Shown: positions 49,730 through 62,031 of the stretch, in pieces
How positions within the stretch are numbered: the first letter of the stretch is position 1
Layout of the letters: each line of letters begins with the position of its first letter
Source of the DNA: Mobula hypostoma
Lineage: Eukaryota
Direction: 5' to 3'
Assembly: GCF_963921235.1 (NCBI RefSeq)
Contig: NC_086101.1
Span: 192,076,001-192,140,000, forward strand
DNA length: 64,000 bases
Made by a program: the position numbers and the translations under genes
Notes under the pieces: generated by a model
What the model saw: the letters and a program-made list of their open reading frames with translations, nothing else
What the model was told of the DNA's origin: nothing
Databases searched by the model: none

Positions 49730-51165
49730 ATATCCACTCTATCTCGGCCTATCAATATTCGAACTGACTATAGGAACAATCCTCTCCATATCCACTCTAT
49801 CTTGGACTATCAATATTCGAATTGATTATAGGAGAGATGCCGTCCAAAGTCACTCTATCTAGGCCTATCAATATTCAAACCGATTATAGGAACAATCCTC
49901 TCCATGCAACACACATCAAAGTTGCTGGTGAACGCAGCAGGCCAGGCAGCATCTCTAGGAAGAGGTACAGTCGACGCTTCGGGCCGAGACCCTTGGTCAG
50001 GACTAACTGAAGGAAGAGCTAGTAAGAGATTTGAAAGTGGGAGGGAGAGGGGGAGATCCAAAATGATAGGAGAAGACAGGAGGGGGAGGGATGGAGCCAA
50101 GAGCTGGACAGGTGATTGGCAAAAGGGATATGAGAGGATCATGGGACAGGAGGCCCAGGAAGAAGGAAAAGGGGGAGGGGGGGAAAACCCAGAGGATGGG
50201 CAAGGGGTATAGTCAGAGGGACAGAGGGAGAAAAAGGAGAGAGAGAGAAAGAATGTGTGTATATAAATAAATAACGGATGGGGTACAAGGGGGAGGTGGG
50301 GCATTAGCAGAAGTTTGAGAAGTCAATGTTCATGCCATCAGGTTGGAGGCTACCCAGATGGAATATAAGGTGTTGTTCCTCCAACCTGAGTGTGGCTTCG
50401 TCTTTACAGTAGAGGAGGCCATGGATAGACATATCAGAATGGAAATGGGACGTGGAATTAAAATGTGTAGCCACTGGGAGCTCCTGCTTTCTCTGGCGGA
50501 CAGAGCGTAGGTGTTCAGCGAAATGATCTCCCAGTCTGCGTCGGGTCTCGCCAATATATAGAAGGCCACATCGGGACCACCGAACGCAGTATATCACCCC
50601 AGCCGACTCACAGGTGAAGTGTTGCCTCACCTGGAAGGACTGTCTGCGGCCCTGAATAGTGGTGAGGGAGGAAGTGTGAGGGCATGTGTAGCACTTGTTC
50701 CACTTACAAGGATAAGTGCCAGGAGGGAGTTCGGTGGGGAGGGATGGGGGGGACGAATGGACAAGGGAGTCGCGTAGGGAGCGATCCCTGCAGAAAGCAG
50801 AGAGTGGGGGGGGAGGGAAAGATGTGCTTAGTGGTGAGATCCCGTTGGAGGTGGCGGAAGTTATGGAGAATAATATGTTGGACCCGGAGGCTGCTGGGGT
50901 GGTAAATGAGGACAAGGGGAACCCTATTCCTAGTTGGGTGGCAAGAGGATAGAGTGAGAGCAGATGTGCATGAAACGGGGAGATGCGTTTGAGAGCAGAG
51001 TTGATCGTGGAGGAAGGGAAGCCCCTTTCTTTAAAAAAGGAGGACATCTCCCTCATCCTGGAATGAAAAGCCTCATCCTGAGATATCTAGGCCTATCAAT
51101 ATTCGAACTGACTATAGGAAAGGTCCTCTCCATGTCCACTCTATCTAGGCCTATCAATATTCGAC
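49730..51165. repeat. 58-bp tandem repeat array (about 5 units) interrupted by Penelope
   Basis: Unit starts at 49730, 49788, 49846 and 49904, resumes at about 51084, and another unit starts at about 51131. Confidence 0.88.
49907..51082 (-). mobile_element. Penelope-like element 3' part: RT C-terminus, GIY-YIG endonuclease, terminal repeat with mutated hammerhead
   Basis: ORF 50304-51056 contains GVIYCVRWSRCGLLYIGETRRRLGDHFAEHL. Terminus CTGACCAA-GGGTCTCGGCCC-GAAGCGTC at about 49967-50005. Confidence 0.92.
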
Positions 51166-52934
51166 ACATTGCAATGAGATCCCCTCTCAATGACTATAAT
51201 CCCTTGATCCTTATTCTCGAGGTCTTTTCCCCTCCTCCACCCATGCAAAAGTCAGGAAGTTTTGTTACAGCTTTATAAAACTCTGGTGAGGCCACATCGG
51301 GAGTATTGTGTACAGTTCTAGTCACCTCACTACAGGAAGGATGTCGAGGCTCTGGAGAGGATGCAGAAGAGGTTCAGCAGGACGCTGCCTGGATTAGAGG
51401 GCGTGTGCTATAACGATAGGGTGGATAAACTTGGGTTGTGTGGTAATGTGAGCATTATTACAAGTAAGTTAATACTAATCAGGATAATGGGGGGGGGTTT
51501 ACTTCTGGTGGGCTTTGTATATAGTGTGCCTGCCATGCCGTACGGGTTGTGAAAGCCTCCATATATACATAACAGTTTTGAAGTTTGAGATAAAGTTGTT
51601 TCTTTGGCATGGAATTGTCGAGTGTGCCTTTGGGAATGTGGGAGGAAACCAGAGCACCCGGGAGAACTCTATGTGGTCACAGAGAGAATGTGGAAACAGA
51701 TCCTGAGGTCAGGATGGAACTTGGCATCTCTGGAGCTGTGAGCCATCAGCCCTACCCACTGCGCCATTGTGCTGCAGTGGAGGCCATGGTGGCGTAATGG
51801 AATAAATGGCCAGGATTCAAGAGACAGGCACTTGCTGCTCTTTTTTCAAAATAAATGTTGAGACTTTTGAGAGGGTGCAGAAGAGATTCACCAGGACGCT
51901 GCCTGGAATAGTGGGCGTGTGCTATAACGAGAGGGTGGATAAACACGGGTTGTTTTCTCTGGAGCGACGGAGGCTGAGGGGAGATCTGACACAGTTTGTA
52001 AGATTATGAGAGGCAGAGATAGAGTAGACAGTCAGTATCTTCCTCCCAGGGTTGAAATGTCTGACACCAAAGGCCTGCATTGAGGATGAAAGGGGACGCG
52101 AGGGCTAAATGTTTTACACCCAGAGTGCCAGGTGCCTGGAACACTCTGCCTGGGGAGGTGTTACAGACAGATACATCAGAGATTTTTAACAGACATTTAG
52201 ATCGGCTCATGGATGTGAGGAAAATGGAAGGGAATGGACATTGTGCAGGCAGAGGGGATTAGTTTAGTTGGTCATTGGATTACTAATTTCATTGGTTCAG
52301 CACAACATTGTGGGCCGAAGCGCCTGTTCCTGTGCTGGACTGTTCTGTGTTCTATGTTCTCGTGTTAAATACAGTAAATCTATGATCATCTGCTGTTGAG
52401 AAATCCTGGTTGTTCCCTATCCGGCTCACCAGGTGCCTGTGGCTCACGGCGTCACTCTGTTTCCCATTTCCAGGGAATAAAAATGACCTTCTGACATCAC
52501 GATCTACCACCACAGGAGAAACACACAGAATGCTGCAGGATCTGAGCAGGTCAGGCAGCGTCTATGGAGGGGAATAAACAGTCAATGTTTTGACCTGACA
52601 CCCTTCACCAGGACTGGAAAGGAAGGGGAAAGATGCCAGAATATGGTGGTGGGGGAGTGGGACTGACTGGGCTGTTCTTACACAGGGCCAGTATGAACTC
52701 AATGGGCTGAATGGCCTCCTGAATGCTGCAACTGTTCCGTCACTCCGAGGTAATTCCAAGAGCTCTCCTCCGTAACCGGTGCCCCCGATTCTCCAATCAC
52801 TTCCCTTCCTGAAAATGAAATGGCAGGATTGTAAAAGCCATCAGACCCAGGGAACAGATGACAATGACAAACCCCCGAAACCCTGACTCGACCCCAGCCT
52901 GTAACACAGTATGGTTCATTCAGAGTCTGAGGTG

Positions 52935-53450
52935 AACAGGTTTGTCACCAAAGACACTGGCAAATTTCGATAGATATACCTGGAGAGCATTCTGGTCTGG
53001 AGGGACCACTGCTCAGGATCAGAGAGAGCAGCAGAAAGTTGTAAACTCAGTCAGCTCCATCACGAGCACTAGTGTCCCCAACATCCAGGACACCTTCAAA
53101 ATGCAATGCCTCAAAAAGGCGGCATCCATCATTACGGACCCCCAGCACCCAGGACCTGCCCTCTTCTCATTGCTACCATCAGGGAGGAGGTACAGGAGCC
53201 CGAAGGCACACACTCAATGTTTCAGGAACAGCTTCTTCCCCTCTGCCATCAGATTTCTGAATGGTCAATGAATCCATGAGCACTTCCCCAGTACTTTTTC
53301 CACTCTTTTACCACAACTTATTTATTTACTTTCCTTATTTTATATGCACTTACTGTAATTTACAGATTTTATTATTATACATTGCCTTGTACTGCTGCTG
53401 CAAAATAACAAATTTCATGACATACGCCAGTAATGTAATCTTGTTGTCTA
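52935..53450 (+). mobile_element. Rex1/Babar-type 3' fragment
   Basis: IITDPQHPGPALFSLLPSGRRYRS...FRNSFFPSAIR. Confidence 0.8.
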
Positions 53451-54539
53451 TTCCATTGTTTTAGAAACACAGAAACATAGAAAACTAACAGCACAATACA
53501 GGCCCTTCAGCCCTCAAAGCTGTGCTGTATATGTCCTTACCTGAGCAATTATGGGTAACCATAACCCTCCATTTTTCTAAGCTCCATGTACCTATCCAAA
53601 AGTCTCTTAAACGACTCTATAATATCTGCCTCCACCACTGTCATTGGCAGCCCATTCCATGCACTCACCGCTCTCTGCGTAAAAAAACTTACCCCTGACA
53701 TCTCCTCTGTACCTACTTTCAAGCACCTTAAAACTATGTCCTCTTGTGCTAGCCATGTCAGCCCTGGAAAAAGGCTCTGACTATCCTTAACGACCCTCAC
53801 CCAGGGGCACTTACATCTACTGCCATGAAATGCCGTGAGAGGTCGCTCTCGGCTGGAATCCACTCCTGCCTCAGGAGGAACCTGGGCCCATGGCAATTTG
53901 CCTGTCACCACAACAGGTCTACAGCAGATGTAATCTCACTGGCTTCTCATGTGGCCTTGGGTCACCTGGACAACAGCAAAACCATTGCACTGCTTATTTC
54001 ATTCAGTTATTTATCGATATTTATTGTAAATAATCCTTTTTATTTTTGCGCTTTACACTGTACAGCTGCGGCAAAACAACAGATTTCACGACAGATGCCG
54101 GTGATATTAAACCTGATTCCGATTCCCCTCATCCCAGTTGCACCCCTCCCACGTCAGAGCCCAGCCTGTTACCCACTCCCCTGGTTTAATGGTCAAGTCA
54201 GGCCCACTGACATCTGAAGATTCACTCATGATGACACCGCACAGTAGTGAAACTCCATGTCTGTTCCCCAGATTTTTCACCCACTTTCCCCACCTTCCCC
54301 ACTCTTGACCCGGTTCCACCTGCCAGACGCATCTCCCCAACGGGTCCCATTCTCATCTCACATTATCAGGCTCCAGGACTGGGACCTGAGTGACCCTCCC
54401 TCAAGCAACTGATTACAATCATTTCTCTCCATCTGAATCTCCTTTCCTTCCCTCTTCTCCATCCATCACCACTGACCACATCTCCCATCTCCCTTCCCCC
54501 TTCCATACCCAACACAACCTGCCCTTAACCTTGTATCCC

Positions 54540-56290
54540 ACCTCAATCCATCAATCACCTCAGAGTCCGGTCTCACCCTTCTCAATCCATCAATCACCTC
54601 AGAGTCCGGTCTCACCCTCCTCAATCCATCAATCACCTCAGAGTCCTGTTCCACCCCTCCTCAATCCATCAGTCACCTCAGACTCCTGCCTTATTCCTCC
54701 TCAATCCTTCAATCACTTCAGACTCCTGTCTAAACCCTCCACAATCCATCAATCACCTCAGACACGTCTCACCCCTCCACAGTCCATCAATCACCTCAGA
54801 CATGTCTCACCCCTCCACAATCCGTCAATCACCTCAGATACTTCTCACCCATCCTCAGACCAACAATCACTTCAGACTCCAGTGTCCCCACTTGGCAAAT
54901 TATCAATCACTTCAAAATCCTGTTTTACCCCTCCTTAACCCATCAATCACTTCAGACTCCTGTCCATCAATCCATCAGTCACCTCGGAGTCAACTTTCAC
55001 CCTCCTCAATTCATCAATCACTTCAGACTCCTGTCCATCAATCCATCAGTCACCTTGGAGTCAACTTTCACCCTCCTCAATTCATCAATCACCTCAGACT
55101 CCTGCCTCACCTATCCTTGGTGCTTCAATTATTTTAGACTCCTGTCTCACACCACTTCAATCTGCCCTCGGTTACCACGACGACTCACCAGCTGTTCGTT
55201 GCTCTCTCTCTCTTTAAGTCAGTCGCACTCTCTCTCTCTCTCTCTCTCTTTAAAGGTACAGTTCATACGGGATAATTCAGGATCCCTTCACACCATCAAT
55301 CACCTCAGACAGTTGTCTCACCCCTCCTCAGTCACTGAATCACCTCAGACCCCACTCTCACACTCCTCATTCCATCTAGAACCACAGACTCGTGTCTCAG
55401 CCCTCCACAATCCATCAATCACATCAGACTCATCTCACTCCTCCTCAAACCATCAATCACCTCAGACTCATGTCTCAACCCTCCTCAATCCACCAATCAA
55501 CACAAACTTTGTCTCACACTCCCTCAATCTATCAATCACCTTGCACTCCTGTCTCACCCCTCCTCAATCCATAAATCCCCTCAGAAGCCCGTCTAATCCC
55601 TTCTCAATCCATCAATCATCTCAGACTCCTGTCTCACCTGTCCTCAATTCATCAATCAGCTGAGACTCCTGTCTCAACTGTCCTTAATCCATCAATCTCC
55701 TGAGACTCCTTTGTCACTCGGAAATCCATCAATCACCTCAGACCCCTGTCTCAACCCTCCTCTATCCATCAATCAAATCAGAATCCTGACTCTCCCCTCC
55801 TCAATGCATCAATCACTGAGATTCATTTCTCACCCTTTCTCAATCCATCAATCAGAGACTCCTGTCTCGCCCCCACCTCAATTCATCAATCACCTCAGAC
55901 AATTCAGACTGCATTTCATTCCATCAATCACCTCAGACTCATTTCAACAATCCCCTATCCATCAGTCACCTTAGATTCCTGTCTCACACCTCTTCAATCC
56001 ATCAAAAACTTTAGACCACTGCCTCATCCGTCCTCAATCCTCATACTCCTGTCTCATTCCTCTTCATTCATCAGTTACCTAACACTCCTATCTCACTCCT
56101 CCTCAACCCATCAATCTCCTTAGACTCCTGTCGCGTCTCTCCTCAATCCTTCAGTCAACTGAGACCACTGCCTCACCCCTCCGCTATCAATAAATCACCT
56201 CTGACTCCTGTCTCACCACTCCTTAATTATCAATCACCTCAGACTCCTGTCTCACCCCTCCTCAATCAGACAATCCCCTCAGACTGCTGT
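54540..56290. repeat. Degenerate 39-bp minisatellite, unit approx. CAATCCATCAATCACCTCAGACTCCTGTCTCACCCTCCT
   Basis: Period 39 (54544 vs 54583), roughly 40 or more degenerate units, strongly G-poor on +. Confidence 0.9.
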
Positions 56291-56399
56291 CTCTCCCCTT
56301 TCCTTTCACTCTGGCCATTCAACAGTCCTATATCAGTCCCGATGCAAGCCCAAAACTTCAGTGTTCTTTTACCCTCACAGATGTTCAAATATCGACCTC

Positions 56400-56615
56400 T
56401 GTCTACCCGTCCTCCCACTCACACACTCTCTCTCTCTCACTCAATCCCTGTCTCACTCACTCCCAGTATCTCTCTCTCTGTCACTCTCATTCTCTCACTC
56501 TCACTCACTCACTCACACACTCTCTCTCTCTCTCTCCCCCTCTCTCCCCCTCTCTCGCACTCACTCACTCAATCCCTGTCTCACTCACTCCCAGTATCTC
56601 TCTCTCTCTCTCCAG
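56400..56615 (+). repeat. (TC)n/(TCAC)n microsatellite forming the polypyrimidine tract of exon 2
   Basis: Pyrimidine-rich run ending TCTCTCCAG at 56615. Confidence 0.85.
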
Positions 56616-56999
56616 ACTTTTCGTTCAATAGTTGGTCAATGTCCGGCGCTGATGTTGCCTCTGCGGTGGAAGGAGCCTCCGCTGTGTTACCGTGTACTTT
56701 CACCCACCCACCCAAAAACCTCGTCCCTTCCGGCTCCGTGATCTGGTACAGGGAGAAACCAGGTGCTAACAAACCGGTATTTCGCTGCTCATATCCCGGT
56801 TCCGGCCGCTCCGTGTGCGATACAACAACACTGAAGACTGGAGGAGGGCGGTTCGGATTCGTGGGGAACCTCAGTCGGAGAGATGCCTCGATAATGGTGC
56901 AGCGTCTGAACCGGAGTGACCGTGGTCGGTATTGGTGCCGGGTGGAGCTCAATATTGATAAATTTCAAACGGAGCTTCTAACAAATCTGTCTGTGAGAG
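56616..56999 (+). CDS. SIGLEC15-like: Exon 2: Siglec-15-like V-set Ig domain
   Basis: 384 nt, phase 1-1, CAG| acceptor and G|GTGAGG donor, no stops. WSM..A.EG..AVLPCTFTHP, IWY, VFRC...C extra Cys pair, GRF.FVGN..R.DASI.V.RL...D.GRYWCRVE with the conserved Arg. Confidence 0.9.
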
Positions 57000-58343
57000 G
57001 TGAGGACGATGTTCAAACATTGAGTTGTAAAACCACACCATTCATTTCACATTTTATCTCCCTGAAAACATATTTTATTCATAATTTACAAGTACATTTT
57101 GCAGGAGAATCATGTCAAATTGCACGTGATTGTCATGTGCACATCACATAGAACACTACAGTACTGTACAGGCCCTTCGGCCCACAATGTTGTGCTGACC
57201 CTTAAACCTGCTCCAAGATCAATCTAACCCTTGCCTCCCACATACCCTCCATTTCTACAACATCCATGTACCTGTCTGAGAGTCCACCCTCCCCGTCTCT
57301 CCCCTCCCCCTCCTCCCCTCCTCTCCCTCCCACATACCCCTCCGTTTCCACAACCTCTCCCCTTCTCCGCTCTCTCTCCCCTCTCCCCCTCTTCTCCCTC
57401 TCTCCCTCTCTCCCTCTCCCTCCTATTTCAAAACTATACCCCTTTGTGTTAGCCATTTCAGCCTTGGGGAAAAAGCCTCTGATTATCCACACGATCAATG
57501 CCTCTTATCATCTTATACACCTCCATTAGATCACCTCTCATTCTCTGTCACTCAAACGAAAAAAGGCTGAGTTCACTCAACCAAATCTGATAAGGCATGC
57601 TCCCCAATCCAGGCAACATCCTGGTAAATCTGCTCTATACTCTCTCCATAATATCCACATCCTTCCTGTAATGAGGTGACCAGAAATGAACACAGTACTC
57701 TGACGGGGTGTCTGACCAAGGTCTTTTTTAGCTGTAACATGACCTCACAGCTCTTGAACCCAATTCCACGTTGATGAAGACCAACACGCCATACGCCTTC
57801 TCAACAACATTGTCAAGCTGCATAGCTGCTTTGAGTGTCCGATGGACTCAGACCCCAAGATCCCTCTGATCCTCCACACTGCCAAGTCTTACCATTAATA
57901 TTGTATTCTGTCTTCACACTGACCTACCAAAGTGAATCACTTCACACTTATCTGGGTTAAAGTCCATCTGCCACTTCTCAGCCCAGTTCTGCATCCTCTC
58001 GATGTCCCTCAGTAACCTTTGACAGCCCTCCAGACTATCCACAACACCCCCAACCTTTGTGTCTTCAGCACAAACCCACCCTTCTACTTCCTCCTCCGGG
58101 TCATTTATAAAAATCACATCAGAAAAGCTGCAATCAAGTTCAAGTTTATTGTCATCTGACTGTACACATATACAGAGCCAAACGAAACCACCTTCTTCCA
58201 GATCAATGTGCACTCACAAAACATATGTCGTACACAGCTCATAAAACACTGTATAACCAAAAAATAACTAATAAAGTATAATTCATGTAGTTTGCAGCAC
58301 AGGTAAACAGTAAACAGCTCGCTGTCCTATCTTTGTATAACAC

Positions 58344-58454
58344 AGGGTTCACTGTAGAATTCCTTCTCAAACACACCAGCTCAGGCTGTTGAACACTTTC
58401 AGTACAATAAGTATTGAGCTGGTGTGTTTGAGAATGAATTCTACAGTGAACCCT
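58344..58454. other. Near-perfect hairpin: 40-bp arms (1 mismatch), 31-nt spacer
   Basis: 58344-58383 is the reverse complement of 58415-58454 except one position. Confidence 0.9.
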
Positions 58455-58714
58455 CTCCAGTGTAAATACTTACTGTACTGAACGTGGTGGTGTGAGATTT
58501 AGGCTTCTCTACCTCCTGCCCGATGGGACTGTTTTATGTTCGAAAGAGTTTCTTTTGTTTGAATGGGTTGCAATTAGTAAGACATGTGGGGGTGTTTTTA
58601 TCCAGGAGGATGCCGTGGGGAGTTTTTATTATTTTGTAGACTGGAAATTTTGTCAGTGTTAAACATGTTTGGTGGTGGTTAACTGATTTATTCTGGCACC
58701 TGTCCTTCCCTCAG

Positions 58715-59104
58715 CTCCCGGCGAGAGTGTCTCTGTGATGACTGGAACCGAGGGAGCTTCGGCCACGTTACCCTGTGAGTTCACACGGCCTCCGCAGAGC
58801 CTCACCGCACACACGGTGACGTGGAGGAGGAAGGATCCCTACCGACACATCGTCACATTCAGGCGTTATGAAAATGGATCGTGGGCAGCGGAAAACGGAG
58901 TGACTCGGTACGAGCTCGTCCGGGACCCAGAGTGGGGAAACGTCTCGATCAGGATAAAGCGGCTGAGTGTGGAGGACAGTCACAGCTACCTGTGTCTGGC
59001 TGCGTTCAGGAAAAAGAGCCATGATTATTCGTCCAACAGAGGCCAAGTCACACCCCCATTTATCCATGTGTTCCAGAGTGAGATCCAGCTGCAGGTCAGA
59101 CCAG
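58715..59104 (+). CDS. Exon 3: second V-set Ig domain
   Basis: 390 nt, phase 1-1, CCCTCAG| acceptor and CAG|GTCAGA donor (weaker). B-strand Cys LPCEF, C-strand Trp VTWRR, RYELV.DP..GNVSIRI.RL..EDS.SYLC. Confidence 0.82.
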
Positions 59105-60064
59105 GTCAGAAACCATTGACACATTCTGCAGGGTATGGGGAGGGTTTTGGGAGTGGGGGGGCGGTGGGGGGGTGGGGGAGAAGGGAAGCCTGCTACCATT
59201 ATCCTTTCTCTAATCAACCCCCACCCCGGGTTTATCGTCTGTGCCCGAGTGAGATCTGACTGTAGATCAGACCCGGAAAAGAACCCGTCACCACATTCAA
59301 ATTCAAGTTTAATTGTCAATCAGCCACACATGCATACAGCACAACCAAACAGTGTTTCTCCAGGGACAAGGTGTAAAGCAGAGTAGCAACAGCACACAGT
59401 ACACATCGTTACGATAGCAGAAAAGCATACAGTCACAAAAACACATAATATAGCCCAAGTTCCTGAGTGTTCTGGCTTGTAGCTTGGTGGTAGATTGGAT
59501 ATTGTCCTGGTCCAGCTTGTCTCTCACTAAGTGAACACTGGAGGGCAGCACTGAGCAACAGAGGAAGACAGCACCAATGGGAGGGGCCTGTCCCCCACCC
59601 ACTACGGACTCCAGCACATCCACGGAGGCCTTTGCTCTCTCCCACACCATCTCGGCATCTTCTGCAGTGTTCAGGGATGGGTCGGGATCTCCAGCACCCG
59701 TTGTATTATGTGTCCAGACTCCGGGACTGAGTGTTATGTTGGCCACTCCCAGCCTCGGCTGGTGATGAGTTCCGTTTCCCCACCACATCTCCATCTCAGA
59801 CGGTCCTTCACACAGGGTGGCCCCCAGACCTTCAACGGGCCCCCCGGCGGAGCCTTGCCTGAGCCTGGGTGGAATGAGTGGAGTTCTAACGGAGGATCAG
59901 GAAGCTTCCCAGAGAAGATACACACCCAACGTTTCAGGAAGAGCTTCTTCCTTTCTGCCGTCGGGTTTCTGAATGGACAGTCAGAAAGTGAGGACCATCA
60001 ACTTTGTCTCCTTTTTCTCTCTTTTTTCACTACTTATTTAATGTAAAATTACACACGTAGGTAT

Positions 60065-62031
60065 ACAGAAACATGGAAAAAAACAGAAAAACTTACAGCA
60101 CAATACAGACCCTCCAGCCCACAAAGCTGTGCTGAACATGTCCTTGCCTTAGAAATTACCTCAGGTTACCCATGGCCCTCTATTTTTCTAAGCTCCATGT
60201 ACCCATCCAGGAGTCTCTTAAAAGACCCTATCGTTTCCAACACCACCACCGTCGCTGGGAGCCCATTCCACGCACTCACCATTCTCTGCATAAAAAACTT
60301 ATCTCCAACATCTCCTCGGTTCCTACAATGCTCCTTAAAAACTGTGCCCTCCCATGTTAGCCATTTCAGCCCTGGGAAAAAGTTTCTGACTATCCACACG
60401 ATCAATGCCTCTCATCATCTTCAACACCTCTATCAGGTCACCTCTCATCCTCCGTCGCTCCAAGGAGAAAAGGCCGAGTTCACTCAACCTTTTCTCATAA
60501 GGTATGCTCCCCAATCCAGGCAACATCTTTGTAAATCTCCTCTGCACCCTTTCTATAGTTTCCATATCCTTTCTGCAGTGAGGTGACCAGAAATGAGCAC
60601 AGTACTCTAAGTGGGGTCTGACCTGAGTCCTATATAGTAGTAACATTACCTCTCGGCTCTTGAACTCAATCTTCATGGGGATCATTCTGGAATATAACAT
60701 ATAATCAGGATGTTGGTCCTAAGAGGATTGTGCAGATTATAAATACCCTTTGATACTAACTACAAAGTAATCCCATATTTAAGAAGCCAATACACTGTAT
60801 GCCTTCTTAACCAGACAGTCATCCTGCGCAGCAGCTTTGAGTGTCCTATGGACTTGGACCCCTAGATCCCTCTGATCCTCCACACTGCCAAGAGTCTTAC
60901 CATTAATACTATATTCTGCCATCATATTTGACCTACCAAAATGAACCACCTCACACTTATCTGGGTTGAACTCCATCTGTCACTTCTCAGCCCATTTTTG
61001 CATCCTATCAATTTCCTGCTGTAACCTCTGACAGCCCTCCACACTATCCACAACACCCCCAACCTTTGTGTCATCAGCAAATTTACTAACCCATCCCTCC
61101 ACTTCCTCATACAAGTCATTTATAAAAATCACGAAGAGCAGGGGTCCCAGAACAGATCCCTGAGGCACACCACTGGTCACCAACCTCCATGCAGAATATG
61201 ACCCGTCTACAACCACTCTTTACCTTCTGTGGGCAAGCCAGTTCTGGATCCACAAAGAAATGTCCCCTTGGATCCCATGCCTCCTTACTTTCTCAATAAG
61301 CCTAGCATGGGGTACCTTGTCAAATGCCTTGCTGAAATCCATATACACTACATCTACTACTGTTCCTTCATCAATGTGTTTAGTCACATCCTCAAAAAAT
61401 TCAATCAGGCTCGTAAGGCATGTCCTGCCCTTGACAAAGCCATGCTGACTATTCCTAATCATATTATGCCTCTCCAAATATTCATAAATCCTGCCTCTCA
61501 GGATCTTCTCCATCAATTTACCAACCACTGAAGTAAGACTCACTGGTCTATAATTTCCTCTGCTGTCTCTACTCCCTTTCGTGAATAAGGGAACAACATC
61601 CACAACCCTCCAGTCCTCTGGAATCTCTCTCATTTGTGATGCAAAAATCATTGCCAGAGGCTTAGCAATCTCCTCTCTGGCCTCCCACAGAGCCTGGTCC
61701 CAGTGACTTATCCAACTTGATGCTGTCCAAAAACTCCAGCACATCCCCTTTCTTAATGTCTGTATGCTCAAGCTTTTCAGTCCGCTGTAAGTCATCCCTA
61801 CAAATGCCAAGGTCCTTTTCCATAGCAATGTATTCATTAAGTATCTCTGCTATATCCTTCGATTTCGTACACACTTTTCCACTGTCACATTTGATTGGTC
61901 CTATTCTCTCACGTCTTATCCTCTTGCTCTTCACATACTTGTAGAATGCCTTGGGGTTTTCCTTAATCCTGCTCACCAATGTCTTCTCATGGCCCCTTCT
62001 GGCTCTCCTAATTTCATTCCTCAACTCCTTC
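60065..62031 (-). mobile_element. CR1 ORF2 3' half, decayed
   Basis: ORFs 60166-62024 carry CR1 RT motifs. Tail near 60065. Confidence 0.9.

Noticed and set aside
54390-55974. Pro/Ser/His/Gln-rich ORFs
   Set aside because: They are translations of the 39-bp minisatellite.
56342-56615. N-terminal extension of ORF 56342-57151 as real coding sequence
   Set aside because: It is translated (TC)n/(TCAC)n microsatellite ending at a canonical acceptor. The leader at 29932 fits better.
59570-60046. Ser/Thr/Pro-rich frames as a mucin-stalk or TM exon of the receptor
   Set aside because: No convincing acceptor/donor pair or hydrophobic span was found, and the segment runs into a Rex1-type 3' end.
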